DNA of 59,710 nt from Octopus bimaculoides (lineage: Eukaryota). Shown here one piece after another: positions 37,815-50,200 of this stretch. Each line of letters starts with the position of its first letter. The stretch's first letter is position 1. Location: NCBI RefSeq assembly GCF_001194135.2, contig NC_068984.1, forward strand, positions 123,038,102 through 123,097,811, in the 5' to 3' direction. The translations under genes were made by a program, and so were the position numbers. The notes beneath the pieces were generated by a model. The model saw only the letters and a program-made list of their open reading frames with translations, made no database searches and was not told where the DNA came from.

Positions 37815-40800
37815 GTCCATTCTATTATTGCCTGAAGGGGACCTTACAGAGACACAAAATACAATAGTTTACTAAGAAAATAGATTACTGACTGAGAAAA
37901 AATTATGTTGCTGTATTGAGCATATTAATGTATGATAGTTTCATGGAGGACTGTCACCTACACCTGTCTATGAATCCCACAAATCCAGAATGCCCTGACT
38001 ACAAAGAATAAGTGCCCACTCTTGGCTGTCATTCCTCAGCCTGTGCAGCACTTACCTCATAACACTTGTCTTCTTCTCCAAATGGAACTTGAAAAAAGTC
38101 AGACTTGGCTGAAGAGGAACTTATCTGTCTTTAACAATTTCAGTGTTGTCCAATACACAACTTCTTTCACTATAGCCATCAGACAGAGGAAAATTGCCTG
38201 CCCTTCCTAATCAAAAGAAGGCAGTGGGGTGACACAGAGTGTGACAAGGCTGGCCCTTTCAAATACAGGTACTACTCATTTTTGCCAGCTGAGTGGACTG
38301 GAGCAACATAAAATTGTCTTGCTCAACGACACAATGTGTTACCAGGAATTGAACATATGACCTTACGCTCGTGAGCCAAATACCATAACCACAACACCAC
38401 ATGCCTTAATATAACTACACAACTCAGCGATCTACAATCAGTTTTTGGTAGACAAGGGTAACAGAGTTTCCATGCCTGTAAAAATTTATCTCAACCCAGT
38501 ACTGCTCCCATCCCTAGTAGCACTGCTAGTCCACAGATATCCAGAAGTTATCTATAGTCCCTGGCTTGAAAGTATTGTGAGACAGATCAGCTAGTTTATT
38601 CTTATTAATAAATAAAATAAATCAATGCGCCCTTTTAAAGCCTAGCCAGGCTCATGGGCCCGCTTTCCTGGTTTCAATGGCGTATGTGTTCCCCAGCTGG
38701 ATGGGATGCCAGTCTATAGCAGCATTACTCATTTTTGCCAGCTGAGTGGACTGGAGCAACGTGAAATGAAGTGTTTTGCTCAAGAACACAACACGTTGCC
38801 CAGTCCAGGAATCGAAACCACAATCTTACAATCATGATGCTGAACACCCTAACCACTAAGCCACGCACCTCCACATTCTTATTAATACTCAGAGTTTATC
38901 AGAGAACTCCATTGCTCTTTCACACCACTAGCTCTCTTTAGAATGCTAAAAATCATAAAAACAACAACCCTTATGAGCTGTAGTATTATTGTTATTTATC
39001 TTTTTACAAAAATCATTGCAAGCAATCATCACAAAGCAAGACAACACCAGTTTCTCCCTCAGCTGTTGAATATTGTTGTTTTTGTTTAAAGCTTCAAGCA
39101 TTCCTGTCTGATTTATTTGAATTTTTTTGTGAAGTGTGTGTGTGTGTGTTTTTTCAACACCTGCACCACCTTTCCCCAGAAATTAACTCTTCCTAATCAG
39201 CATGATTGCCTTTTAATCCATTTAATCTATGTTAGAAACCCTTTATAATTGGACTTACCCAGTTTCTATTATCCATTTCTTAATTTTTTTTTTTTTTTAA
39301 TTTTCTTTTCCCCCTCACATTATTTCACCTAAAACTTTCCTTTGTTTCCCACACACTGCCTTCCTCTTCTGCAACCACTAAGATTCTGTAACTACATCAC
39401 AATCCAACAAGGAAGTCTCTACATGGTCACTAAACCTGCTAGAAATAACAACTAATATCTCCTCAAATTACTCCCTACCATTTTAAAGAAGGACTCGTTA
39501 GACAATGCTAGTGTCTGATTATACAAAGATGGGATAGTCACAACTGAAACACCTCTTAATCATAGGTCTGTTCAATCAGGGTTGATATGGCTTTATCATC
39601 ATCATCATCATCATCATCATCATTTTGACATTCAGCATTTAACATTTCCATTGAAGATTTTGTTCTTGTCTGATGAACTTATCTCTTTTGAATTTTGCTC
39701 TGTTTTTCTCTGGTTAAATCTATGGAACTTTCTTGTTTTTCACTTTTAAAACTTGGAATAATCTTTTTTAGAATTTTCTTAATTTACTAAAATCCACTAA
39801 AAGAAACAGTATAGTTCCTGTTTTGCTCCAATGTTTAGTGAGAAAATACTTATGGCTCTGACAGAATCTCCTTAAGGAACAGTCATTAGTTTTAGTTTGT
39901 GGCATTAAAGCTGGTAAAAGTGCCATAGGATATAATACTATCCTTTTACATACAGCATTTTTGCTGATGATCTGGTACCTGCTTCCTCTAGGTGGTGTAC
40001 TAAGTAAATTTAGCATGAAGTGTATCACCCCAAAAACAATATAAAAGAATATGCCATAAATTTGAAATTAGGAACTTCAAATTGGCCTTGTACCCATTAC
40101 CATCCAGATCCACCCAGTCATTCTATTTCCACTTTTAAAAGTGAACCCTTTGCTTAAACCAGTTCTTCTCAACAGCATATTTTGGATATATATAAATATA
40201 TATATATATACACATATATACATACAGTGGCGGATCGGGCCTAAAAATATTCGTTGCCAGGAGACTAAGGGGGTCCACCCACAACTACAATGCTATCATT
40301 TAATTTTTTTTTTTTTTTTTGTTAAAAGTATTCTTTTCAACTGTCTACAAACGCAGCCAGGCTGAAATAATTAATGCATATCCACCCAGTCATTCTATTT
40401 CCACTTTTAAAAGTGAACTCTTTGCTTAAACCAGCAGTGAATAAAAAAACTCTCAAACTTGAGGGGATGGGCCCCTTAGATACTAACACGGGCCCCCATA
40501 TATGGATTCTAATGGCACAGAGGCCCACTTGCCATTGGACAACCTGGCAACCTGGCCAGTCTGCCACTGTGTATATATATATATCACATGGAGCATCAGT
40601 TTTCGGCTCCAAAATTGAGACAAATACTGTTCCATATAGTAGCCTTGATAATTGTTAAGGGCTTCCTTAACCTGAAACTAATGGTAGCATTAATCCACAA
40701 ATAATATCCGCCAATGCAGTGTTAAGTACTCATTCTCATTGTTTGATATTTACGTGTGTGTGTGTATGTATATATATGTACTTTTTTACTTGTTTCAGTC

Positions 40801-43800
40801 ATTTGACTGTGGCCATGCTGGAGCACCGCCTTTTAGTTGAGCAAATCAACCCCAGGACTCATTCTTTGTAAGCCTAGTACTTATTCAATCGGTCTCTTTT
40901 GCCAAACCCCTAAGTTACAGGGACATAAACACACCAGCATTGGTTGTCCTTTGAACAGCAGTAGACATAATTTATGATAGATTTAGCTGTTATTTCTAGC
41001 AAGCTAAGTCACAAACCTTAGTTTCTTTCTTGTGATGTTGCAGACATCATGCTGTCCATCTTATTTCAATGTAATAAAATAGGAATTTTGACTGCTAGCA
41101 TTAATGTCGTAATAGAGGAGGTTAATGGATTCAATGCTTTACAGTATTTTCATTGCTGTAGGTTCTGGGTTCAAATTCTAAATCATACAAATCAATGAAA
41201 TATGTCATGAACATTCAATAACCTTACACTTCACCCTGCTGAAAATTTCCCAGAGAAAATAAATTAAGGATAATAATAATAATACTTTCTACAATAGGCA
41301 AAAGGCCTGAAATTTTGTGGGATGTGGCTAGTCAATTACATCAACCCCTATACTCAACTGGTACTTATTTCATCAACCCCCAAAAGGATGAAAGGCAAAG
41401 TTGACCTAGACAAAATTTGAACTCAGAATGTAAGGACAGATGAAACACTACTAAGCTTTTTTTTTTTTTTTTTTNNNNNNNNNNNNNNNNNNNNNNNNNN
41501 NNNNNNNNNNNNNNNNNNNNNNNNNNNNNNNNNNNNNNNNNNNNNNNNNNNNNNNNNNNNNNNNNNNNNNNNNNNNNNNNNNNNNNNNNNNNNNNNNNNN
41601 NNNNNNNNNNNNNNNNNNNNNNNNNNNNNNNNNNNNNNNNNNNNNNNNNNNNNNNNNNNNNNNNNNNNNNNNNNNNNNNNNNNNNNNNNNNNNNNNNNNN
41701 NNNNNNNNNNNNNNNNNNNNNNNNNNNNNNNNNNNNNNNNNNNNNNNNNNNNNNNNNNNNNNNNNNNNNNNNNNNNNNNNNNNNNNNNNNNNNNNNNNNN
41801 NNNNNNNNNNNNNNNNNNNNNNNNNNNNNNNNNNNNNNNNNNNNNNNNNNNNNNNNNNNNNNNNNNNNNNNNNNNNNNNNNNNNNNNNNNNNNNNNNNNN
41901 NNNNNNNNNNNNNNNNNNNNNNNNNNNNNNNNNNNNNNNNNNNNNNNNNNNNNNNNNNNNNNNNNNNNNNNNNNNNNNNNNNNNNNNNCTAGGTCTGAAG
42001 CTATTGGCTCCATAAATAACAACATATCTGTAAGATGAAATGATAATTTTTGACTTTTTTTTTTTTTACATGTATTCAAGGTCATATATTTATTTGCAAG
42101 GGAGAGGACTGAATTCATGACCAATATTTTATTTACACCAAACTCACTTTCACCCCCACCCACCCATCACCCAAGTCAGTGAAGGAGCAAATTTGACTCC
42201 ATTTGAATCTGAACTCAAAACCTACAATTACAGACCGACAACTAAATACTGAAAGGCATTTAGTTTGGTGCTCGAACACAACTGTTATTCTAATATCCAA
42301 TCAAATGTCATCCTTAACATAAATTAACTGAAAATAATAATTAGATTTAATTAGATTATTTTAGATTAATTCATTGAAGTGAAAGAAAAATGGTGGGTAG
42401 AAACTTCAGGAATATTGGTTGTTGTTGTTGTTGTTGTTACTGTCATGAAGAGAATATTGAGGTGCAGGTTCAATTCCTGTCAGCAGACATAACTTTACAA
42501 CTAAATTACACATACACATATGCACATTTTGGGAAAGGCATGAGCATCACACAGTCTTGTTTCTTGCTTCTCTCTAAGCCTGAGTGAGGTTTTAAAACAA
42601 ACTAATACACTCTCTTTCCCCTGCCCCCCAACCCCCCAGCACAGACAAAAATAAACAACAACAAAACCTTATTGCCTTGGATGGTCAATTTAGATATTTC
42701 TCTTCTTGTCTCAGATATGCCTCGTACTGACCAGCATGATGTCCAGCGAGAATTAATAACGGCTGCGAAGGATGAGGAGGAGAAGGAGGAGGAGGAAGAG
42801 GAGGAGAACCTCAGCTCCTCCAGTTCCGAAGTAGCCCAAGTTGAAGATGTAGATTTTCTGCCAGGTAGCTGTGGAAACTGAACACAAAGCATGAATTCTT
42901 TCCACGCATTCTTCTAGATGTGTGCGTGTGTGTGTGTGTGTATACATACATATGTGTGTGTATATCTATCTGTTTGTCTGTGTGTATGACTGCATTTCCA
43001 CTAGACCATTTTCTTTTTTTTTTTTTTTTNNNNNNNNNNNNNNNNNNNNNNNNNNNNNNNNNNTTTTTTTTTTTTTTTTTTTTTAATGCCAACACAACAC
43101 CATCACTGCTGCCGTTGTCCCCTTTCCTGCCTTCTCTCTTTCCAAAAACTGACCGCTTCCACTCGTACCACATCTTTCTGCACGACATCTGAAGACCATA
43201 TGTGAAGAAAGAGAGAAAGACAGAAAACAGAGGGAAGAAAGCAGTTCACCCTTGCACACAACTCACATCCAGACAAATACACACATATGCACACACACAC
43301 ACACAAAGATCGGAAGAGCGTCNNNNNNNNNNNNNNNNNNNNNNNNNNNNNNNNNNNNNNNNNNNNNNNNNNNNNNNNNNNNNNNNNNNNNNNNNNNNNN
43401 NNNNNNNNNNNNNNNNNNNNNNNNNNNNNNNNNNNNNNNNNNNNNNNNNNNNNNNNNNNNNNNNNNNNNNNNNNNNNNNNNNNNNNNNNNNNNNNNNNNN
43501 NNNNNNNNNNNNNNNNNNNNNNNNNNNNNNNNNNNNNNNNNNNNNNNNNNNNNNNNNNNNNNNNNNNNNNNNNNNNNNNNNNNNNNNNNNNNNNNNNNNN
43601 NNNNNNNNNNNNNNNNNNNNNNNNNNNNNNNNNNNNNNNNNNNNNNNNNNNNNNNNNNNNNNNNNNNNNNNNNNNNNNNNNNNNNNNNNNNNNNNNNNNN
43701 NNNNNNNNNNNNNNNNNNNNNNNNNNNNNNNNNNNNNNNNNNNNNNNNNNNNNNNNNNNNNNNNNNNNNNNNNNNNNNNNNNNNNNNNNNNNNNNNNNNN

Positions 43801-44166
43801 NNNNNNNNNNNNNNNNNNNNNNNNNNNNNNNNNNNNNNNNNNNNNNNNNNNNNNNNNNNNNNNNNNNNNNNNNNNNNNNNNNNNNNNNNNNNNNNNNNNN
43901 NNNNNNNNNNNNNNNNNNNNNNNNNNNNNNNNNNNNNNNNNNNNNNNNNNNNNNNNNNNNNNNNNNNNNNNNNNNNNNNNNNNNNNNNNNNNNNNNNNNN
44001 NNNNNNNNNNNNNNNNNNNNNNNNNNNNNNNNNNNNNNNNNNNNNNNNNNNNNNNNNNNNNNNNNNNNNNNNNNNNNNNNNNNNNNNNNNNNNNNNNNNN
44101 NNNNNNNNNNNNNNNNNNNNNNNNNNNNNNNNNNNNNNNNNNNNNNNNNNNNNNNNNNNNNNNNNN

Positions 44167-44202
<36 letters not shown>

Positions 44203-47200
44203 TTACATGTATGCAATTGTACATGTGTGTGTGTATGTATATACGTGTATATACACATGCACACACACGCTACATATACACATATGAGCTTTCAGCTTTT
44301 GGTTCAATGGTTTGCTTTCTTGCAGGCTGATATTAAATAATATAACATTATATTTAATGATATAACATGATATCCAGTGATATTAAAATGGCAACATTAC
44401 TCGTTCTCATGCAATTAATTTTATTGGATAATGTGTGTTTTAGTCCGCCTAATTTCGGCTGTAAGTTGGTTCTGGGTTAAATACTTTCGGGTGAAAATCT
44501 TTAAACATTAAAAATTCTTTTTTAAAATCATCTCTTCTTCTGTCACCCTTCCTCTCCTTTCCAGATTTGTTCATATATTAAGGCTTTTCTCTCAATTCTA
44601 GAATACTCATTACCACAACAACCAAAAAAAAAATAATATGTGAAAGAATTTTGTTATTTTTTCCAAAAATAGAAAAATTTCTGATGGAAATAGTATGTTT
44701 GCTTTTGTTGTGATTTTTATTCTCTTAAAAAATTAATGAAACATGACTCTCAAATTCTACATCAGATTATTGTTACTGAGTAGTACTGTTCTATTCTATT
44801 TAAGTAGATTTATAGTACAGAGCTAGCTGATTGGACAAACCATTCTGATCAGATTTCTGGCTATAACCATCTTGTCTTTATTATAAGGAATTTTGTTCCT
44901 TGAGATTTAGAGCTGAAAACCTATGTTAATATAAAACTAATAAAGAGTTTATTGAGATATTTGACTTCTAGATTGCACAGACCAACTGGCTCCATAGAGA
45001 TTCTCCCACTAGTTTTCCTTTTTTTTTTTTTTTTCTCTTGTTCTACATGCATAGGTATTTTTCTCAGTTGACTTAGCAGTGAGAAAAGGTTCTGCGATAA
45101 CTAAGAATAAATTGTGCAAGTATCTTTTAAAATTTAAGAGATTTATCCAGCATATCACAATTTAACTTTGCTGCTTTCTCAGATCTACAATATCTGAGTT
45201 TCTTCACAAAGAAACTTTCAAAGAACCAATCCTATGCTCACTGTAAGAGCTTTAAGAATGAAAGCAAAATGACAATCACTCATAAAACACTACAAAAGCA
45301 ATTAGTAAATTTTATAAAGTTTTAAGCTTTTATTTGTTTATTGTTTTTTTGTTGCTGCTGTCTTAATTTTAGCATTTAACTATTCTGTACTGACGTAGGT
45401 TGAATATTTCTGCAAAATTAAATATTTACAGCAATTGCATTAAAATGTTATAAAGTTACGTAGCCTTTTCAGTCATTAATCACACAACTATAAGTTAAGA
45501 GTGGTGGGTTGACTGATGCAAAGTTGTTGTTCAGTGATTCCTTCCCACATCCACTTCCCTCATTTATCATTGATAAAGGATTCTTGGGCAACTTGAGTTG
45601 TATGCCTTGCCTAAGGAGACAATAAAATTCAAGCCATATTGGTGTTTAGTTGATACCTTAACACCTTCCTTATTGTCTCTCTATGGTTTTACCTAAATAA
45701 TAAGGGTGTATTTCTTCTATATTTCCTAATTTCTCATTGGTTTAAGTTCTTTTATAATTACAGAGTAATGTTCTTTATATTTATAGAGTAGATATGTAAC
45801 ACATGCATTAAGTTTCCATTCTATTATTTTTCACTTCATTTATATATAAATTAAGAAATGCATTGATCCCTTCTATTAACAGTTATATACTAATTCTCCT
45901 TATTAATAAGCTTTATATGAGATAAACATAATAATATTCTAGATCTCCTTATAATTTTATTAGATCAGCTTACTAATAACAATTCATCAGATGATATTAC
46001 TAACCCATTATCATCATCCTTCTCTCTAGATATTTTGTGCACTTTCATCTGACATTTCTTTCTAACAATTCACTAAGCTACTTCTATGTTATGTTTCCTA
46101 ATTGTTCTGCATTCTACTCCACTGTCAGTCGAATGGTGGCAGTCTACTAACACACTAATATCACCCTGATTTCTATAGATGCCGAGATGCGTGACACCAG
46201 TGAAGAAAAAACAGAAGAAACGGATGTGGAAGAGCAGTTCTCTCCCCTTCCTAAAAGTTCTCCTGCTTCTAAAGGTGCTCTTGATCTTAGGTTAGAAGAC
46301 AAGTTCTTTTCGTTCACCCAATCCCCTGTGGAGTCCCCAGCTGCTGAAATAGCAAATGAGATATCTCCAGCTCAAGATCTCCTTGACGTCAAAGACATGC
46401 AAATAACTGTTGGCCTATCACCATCGGAGATTAATGCTAAGTCCAAGCTGGGATCTCTTTCAGAATTCTATGAAACAAAAACAACTGAAGACTTCAAAAC
46501 AATGTCAAAAATTATCTCCTCAAAATCCCCCAGAGTAGAATATGAGAAAGATACTGGTGAATCTTTCAACATCCCTAAGATTTCAACCGATTCTGATACA
46601 ACTGAGGAAAGACTAGAGCTTGATAATGTAACAGAACAATCTGCTACATCATTAATGTCTGAAGAACATGATGGAACCGAAGATGACTATAAAAGAGAAA
46701 CACCTGAAGAAAGAGCGGAACGTTTATCTTCCATGGCCTTTGATAACATGGGTTTTGCTGGTGAAGATGTTGTCGACAGTGAAATAAAGACACACTCTGA
46801 TGACTTCTCTGAAGAGAGTCCAAGTCTTGCTGCCAAAGAAATATCTCCAGAAGATCTTGAAGAGAAGCCTCATCAATTTGACTTCCCAGCTGTCCATCAA
46901 GAAATATGGCAGATGGGTATCCAGGCACTGGGGAAAACCAAATTATCAGAAGAGAATGAGATGTTTTCCAGCTCAATGAAATTTGAAGAAGTAACACACA
47001 AGGTCTCATTTGAAAAAGATGACGATGAGGAGAGTGGTGCTGCAATGTATTCTGAGAGTGAAGAAACCTCCCGTTCAGAAAGTGGAGATACTAAAGATCA
47101 GAACTCTTTCCAAGAATCTATCCAAAGATCTAAAACATCTGATGGCCAATTTGAAGCTACCTCAGAAATAAGAACAGAAAAAACCATTGTAACATCATCC

Positions 47201-50200
47201 CGAGCACAAGTCTCTTTGTCAGAGAGTCAAAGTAAAATGATAACTGAAACTAAGGTCTATCAAGCAAAAGAACCCAGTGAAGAAATTCAACTTACCGGAC
47301 ATGATGCCACAGAGAAAACAGCTAGACTTCTTACAACCACGGCTAGTGAGCCCATTATTTCTCATCCATTCGATCAGTCTACAGTGGAAACTATATCTCC
47401 AGAGGCCAGTAGTTCTGACAGTGAAGGTTTCTATGACAAAGAATCTGGCAAGAAGTTACCTTGGGAAACTGTCCACCATTTCTCCCGACAGTTCTCTGAT
47501 AATTATCTTGAACAGCAAGAAAAACAAGGAATAGTTACTGTGCAGTCAGTTGACATGGGAGTATTTTACCGGAGAAGTAGCAAAGACTATTCAAACGTAA
47601 CATTTAGTGAACAAGATATCTCTGAGTCTATTGCTGAAGAAGAAGAAGAACCCCCAAAACGGGTTACCTTCACGCTTTCGGAAGATTTGGAAGAGTTTCC
47701 ATCAGAAGTAGTTACAGGTTCGGATGAGTCAAAACATGATGATGAAGTTGAACAAGAAATTAGGAAACCAGATGATATCTTTGATGAGTCCGTCAAAGAT
47801 CAAATTGTAGTCAAGACAGTAAAAAAACAACCTACTGCACTATCCAAAGTAGATGCTGTTGTTATCACAACATCTAAGACAGAAGAACCTATTGTCACAA
47901 CATCCAAGATGGAAGAACCTGTTGTCACAACATCCAGGACAGAAGAACCAGTTGTCACAACATCAGAAGAACCTGTCGTCACAACATCCAAGACAGAAGA
48001 ACCCATTGTCACAACATCTAAAACAGAAAAGTCTGTCTTCTCAAAATTCAAGACAGAAGAACATGTTACATCTTCTAAAGGCGAGGAACCTGTCATCACT
48101 ACAGTGAAGACAGAACACATAACTACAACATACAAAACTGGAGAACCTATCATCACAACTTCCAAGAAAGAAGAGTCTGTCATCAAAACCTCTAAAACAG
48201 AAGAACCTGTCATCACAACATCAAGGACAGAAGACATTACTATAGCATCCGAGGCTGAAGAACCTGCCATTGTAACCTCCAAGACAGAAGAACATGTTAC
48301 AACATCAACAACTGAAGAACCTGTCATTACAACATCTAAAACTGAAGAATATGTTACATCTACAACTGAAGAACCTGTCATTACAACATCTAAAACTGAA
48401 GAATACGTTACATCTACAACTGAAGAACCTGTCATTACAACATCTAAAACTGAAGAATACGTTACAACATCTAAGACTGAAGAACCTGTCATTGTAACCT
48501 CCAAGACTGAAGAACGTGTTATAACATCTACAACCAAAGAACCTGTTGTCACAACATTCAAGACAGAAGAACATGTTAAAACATCCAAAACTGAAGAATG
48601 TGTCATCACAACATCTAAGGCAGAGGAACCTGTCAGTACAACAACAGAGACAGAAGAACATGTTACTACAGAATCTGAAAGTGAAGAACCTGTTGTCACA
48701 ACAACCAGGACAGAACGTATCATCAGAACATCTAAAATTGGAGAGCCTGTCATCACAACATCAAAAACAGAACATGTTACGACAACATCTAAAACTGGTG
48801 AACCTGATGTTACAACAACCAAAACAGAAGAATTTGTCACTACAACATCAGAACCTGGAGAACCTGTCATCACAACCTCTGAAACTGGTGAACCTGTCAT
48901 CACAACATCCAAGACAGAAGAACGTGTCATCACAACATCCAAGAGAGAAGAACCTGTCATCAGAACATCTAAGACAGAACATTTCACTGTGGATTCAAAA
49001 GAAAAATTTGACATACCAACTGCCAAAACAGACCATGTTACTACAACAACTAAGTCAGCACATGTCACTGTAACTTCCACTGTAGAACATGTCGTCAAAA
49101 CGTCCAAGAAAAAAGGTGATATTGAAGAAGCTGAGGAACATGTCACCATAACATCTAGGGAAAAACATGTTCCAGAGGAACCTAAAGCTGAGGAAGAGTC
49201 TGCAGTGGAAGCCAAGAAAGATATCCTTGAACCATATGACAGGATGTCTGGAGAATATGAAGCTACTGTTTTGGCTAATATAATGGATGACCATTCTTCA
49301 AAACAAGAAAAAACATCTGAATCACCTGAAGAATTATCTAGAGAAGACACTTTAAAAGAGAAAGATCTTGAGTATGAAATGGTCTCTAAGAGTGCTACTG
49401 ACTTGGCTAGTCCTAGTGAAAGTAAGTCTTCAGACCTTTCATTAGATCTTTCATCAGAAAAACTTCCATCAAAAGATAATCTTGATGAAGAACAACAACA
49501 ACAACTTCGACCAAAACCAGACAGTGAAGAAGTATCACCAAAATCAGGAATAATCGGTGTTGTAAGTATTGAATCTCGGATGGCCCAAAAAGAATTATTA
49601 CAGGAGTCAGCAGACGAGAAGGATCGCTCCCTTTCACCATCAGTTGACAGTGATGAATTATCAACCACTTATGAAAGCCAGGCAGAACTACAGGAAGAAC
49701 TCTGGTCTGAAATCCCCCCTGTTGATCGCTATCCTGGCCCTGCCAGAAGGAAGCATTATGCTGATGGTGAATCCTCAGAAACTGAGAAAGAATCTCCTGA
49801 AATTGAACTTTCTCCTATTGCTGAAGCACCAGCCTCTAAAACTGACTCCGAGGAGCAAGAAGAGAGTAAGATGACAGCGCAAGATAGAAGGGTAACATTT
49901 CTATCAGAAGAGAGTAAGGAGAAGCTGAGGCAATCTATTTCTAATGAAGATTTAGTTAAAACATCGACCTCTTCCTCTGAAGTATCCAACGAACCAACTT
50001 TATTAGCTGCTTCATATGATTTGGATTCAGGGCATGTTTCACACATTGTGACAGCTTATGACATGTCTCCAGACACCATTGAGAGTCAGGTGCCACATCC
50101 ACCGGCACCTAAGGCTATTCTTTCGAGTCCTGAAGATGACGTGTTTGAAGTTGAACCTACTGTGGGAACTTCTCGCATCGACGAGCCTTGCACTGAGCCA

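Noticed and set aside
38800-38875. tRNA-like sequence on the minus strand
   Set aside because: It is the Pol III head of a SINE continuing into a shared repeat body, not a complete cloverleaf tRNA gene.
39840-40000. Possible LINE reverse-transcriptase remnant (GIKAGK...LHTA / FADDLV across a frameshift)
   Set aside because: Needs a frameshift and has no convincing neighbouring RT motifs; too weak without an HMM search.
47800-49668. 622-aa antisense ORF (VVMTGSSVLD repeats) and other antisense ORFs over the giant exons
   Set aside because: Mirror of the sense-strand repeat and codon bias, with no independent splice signals or domain.
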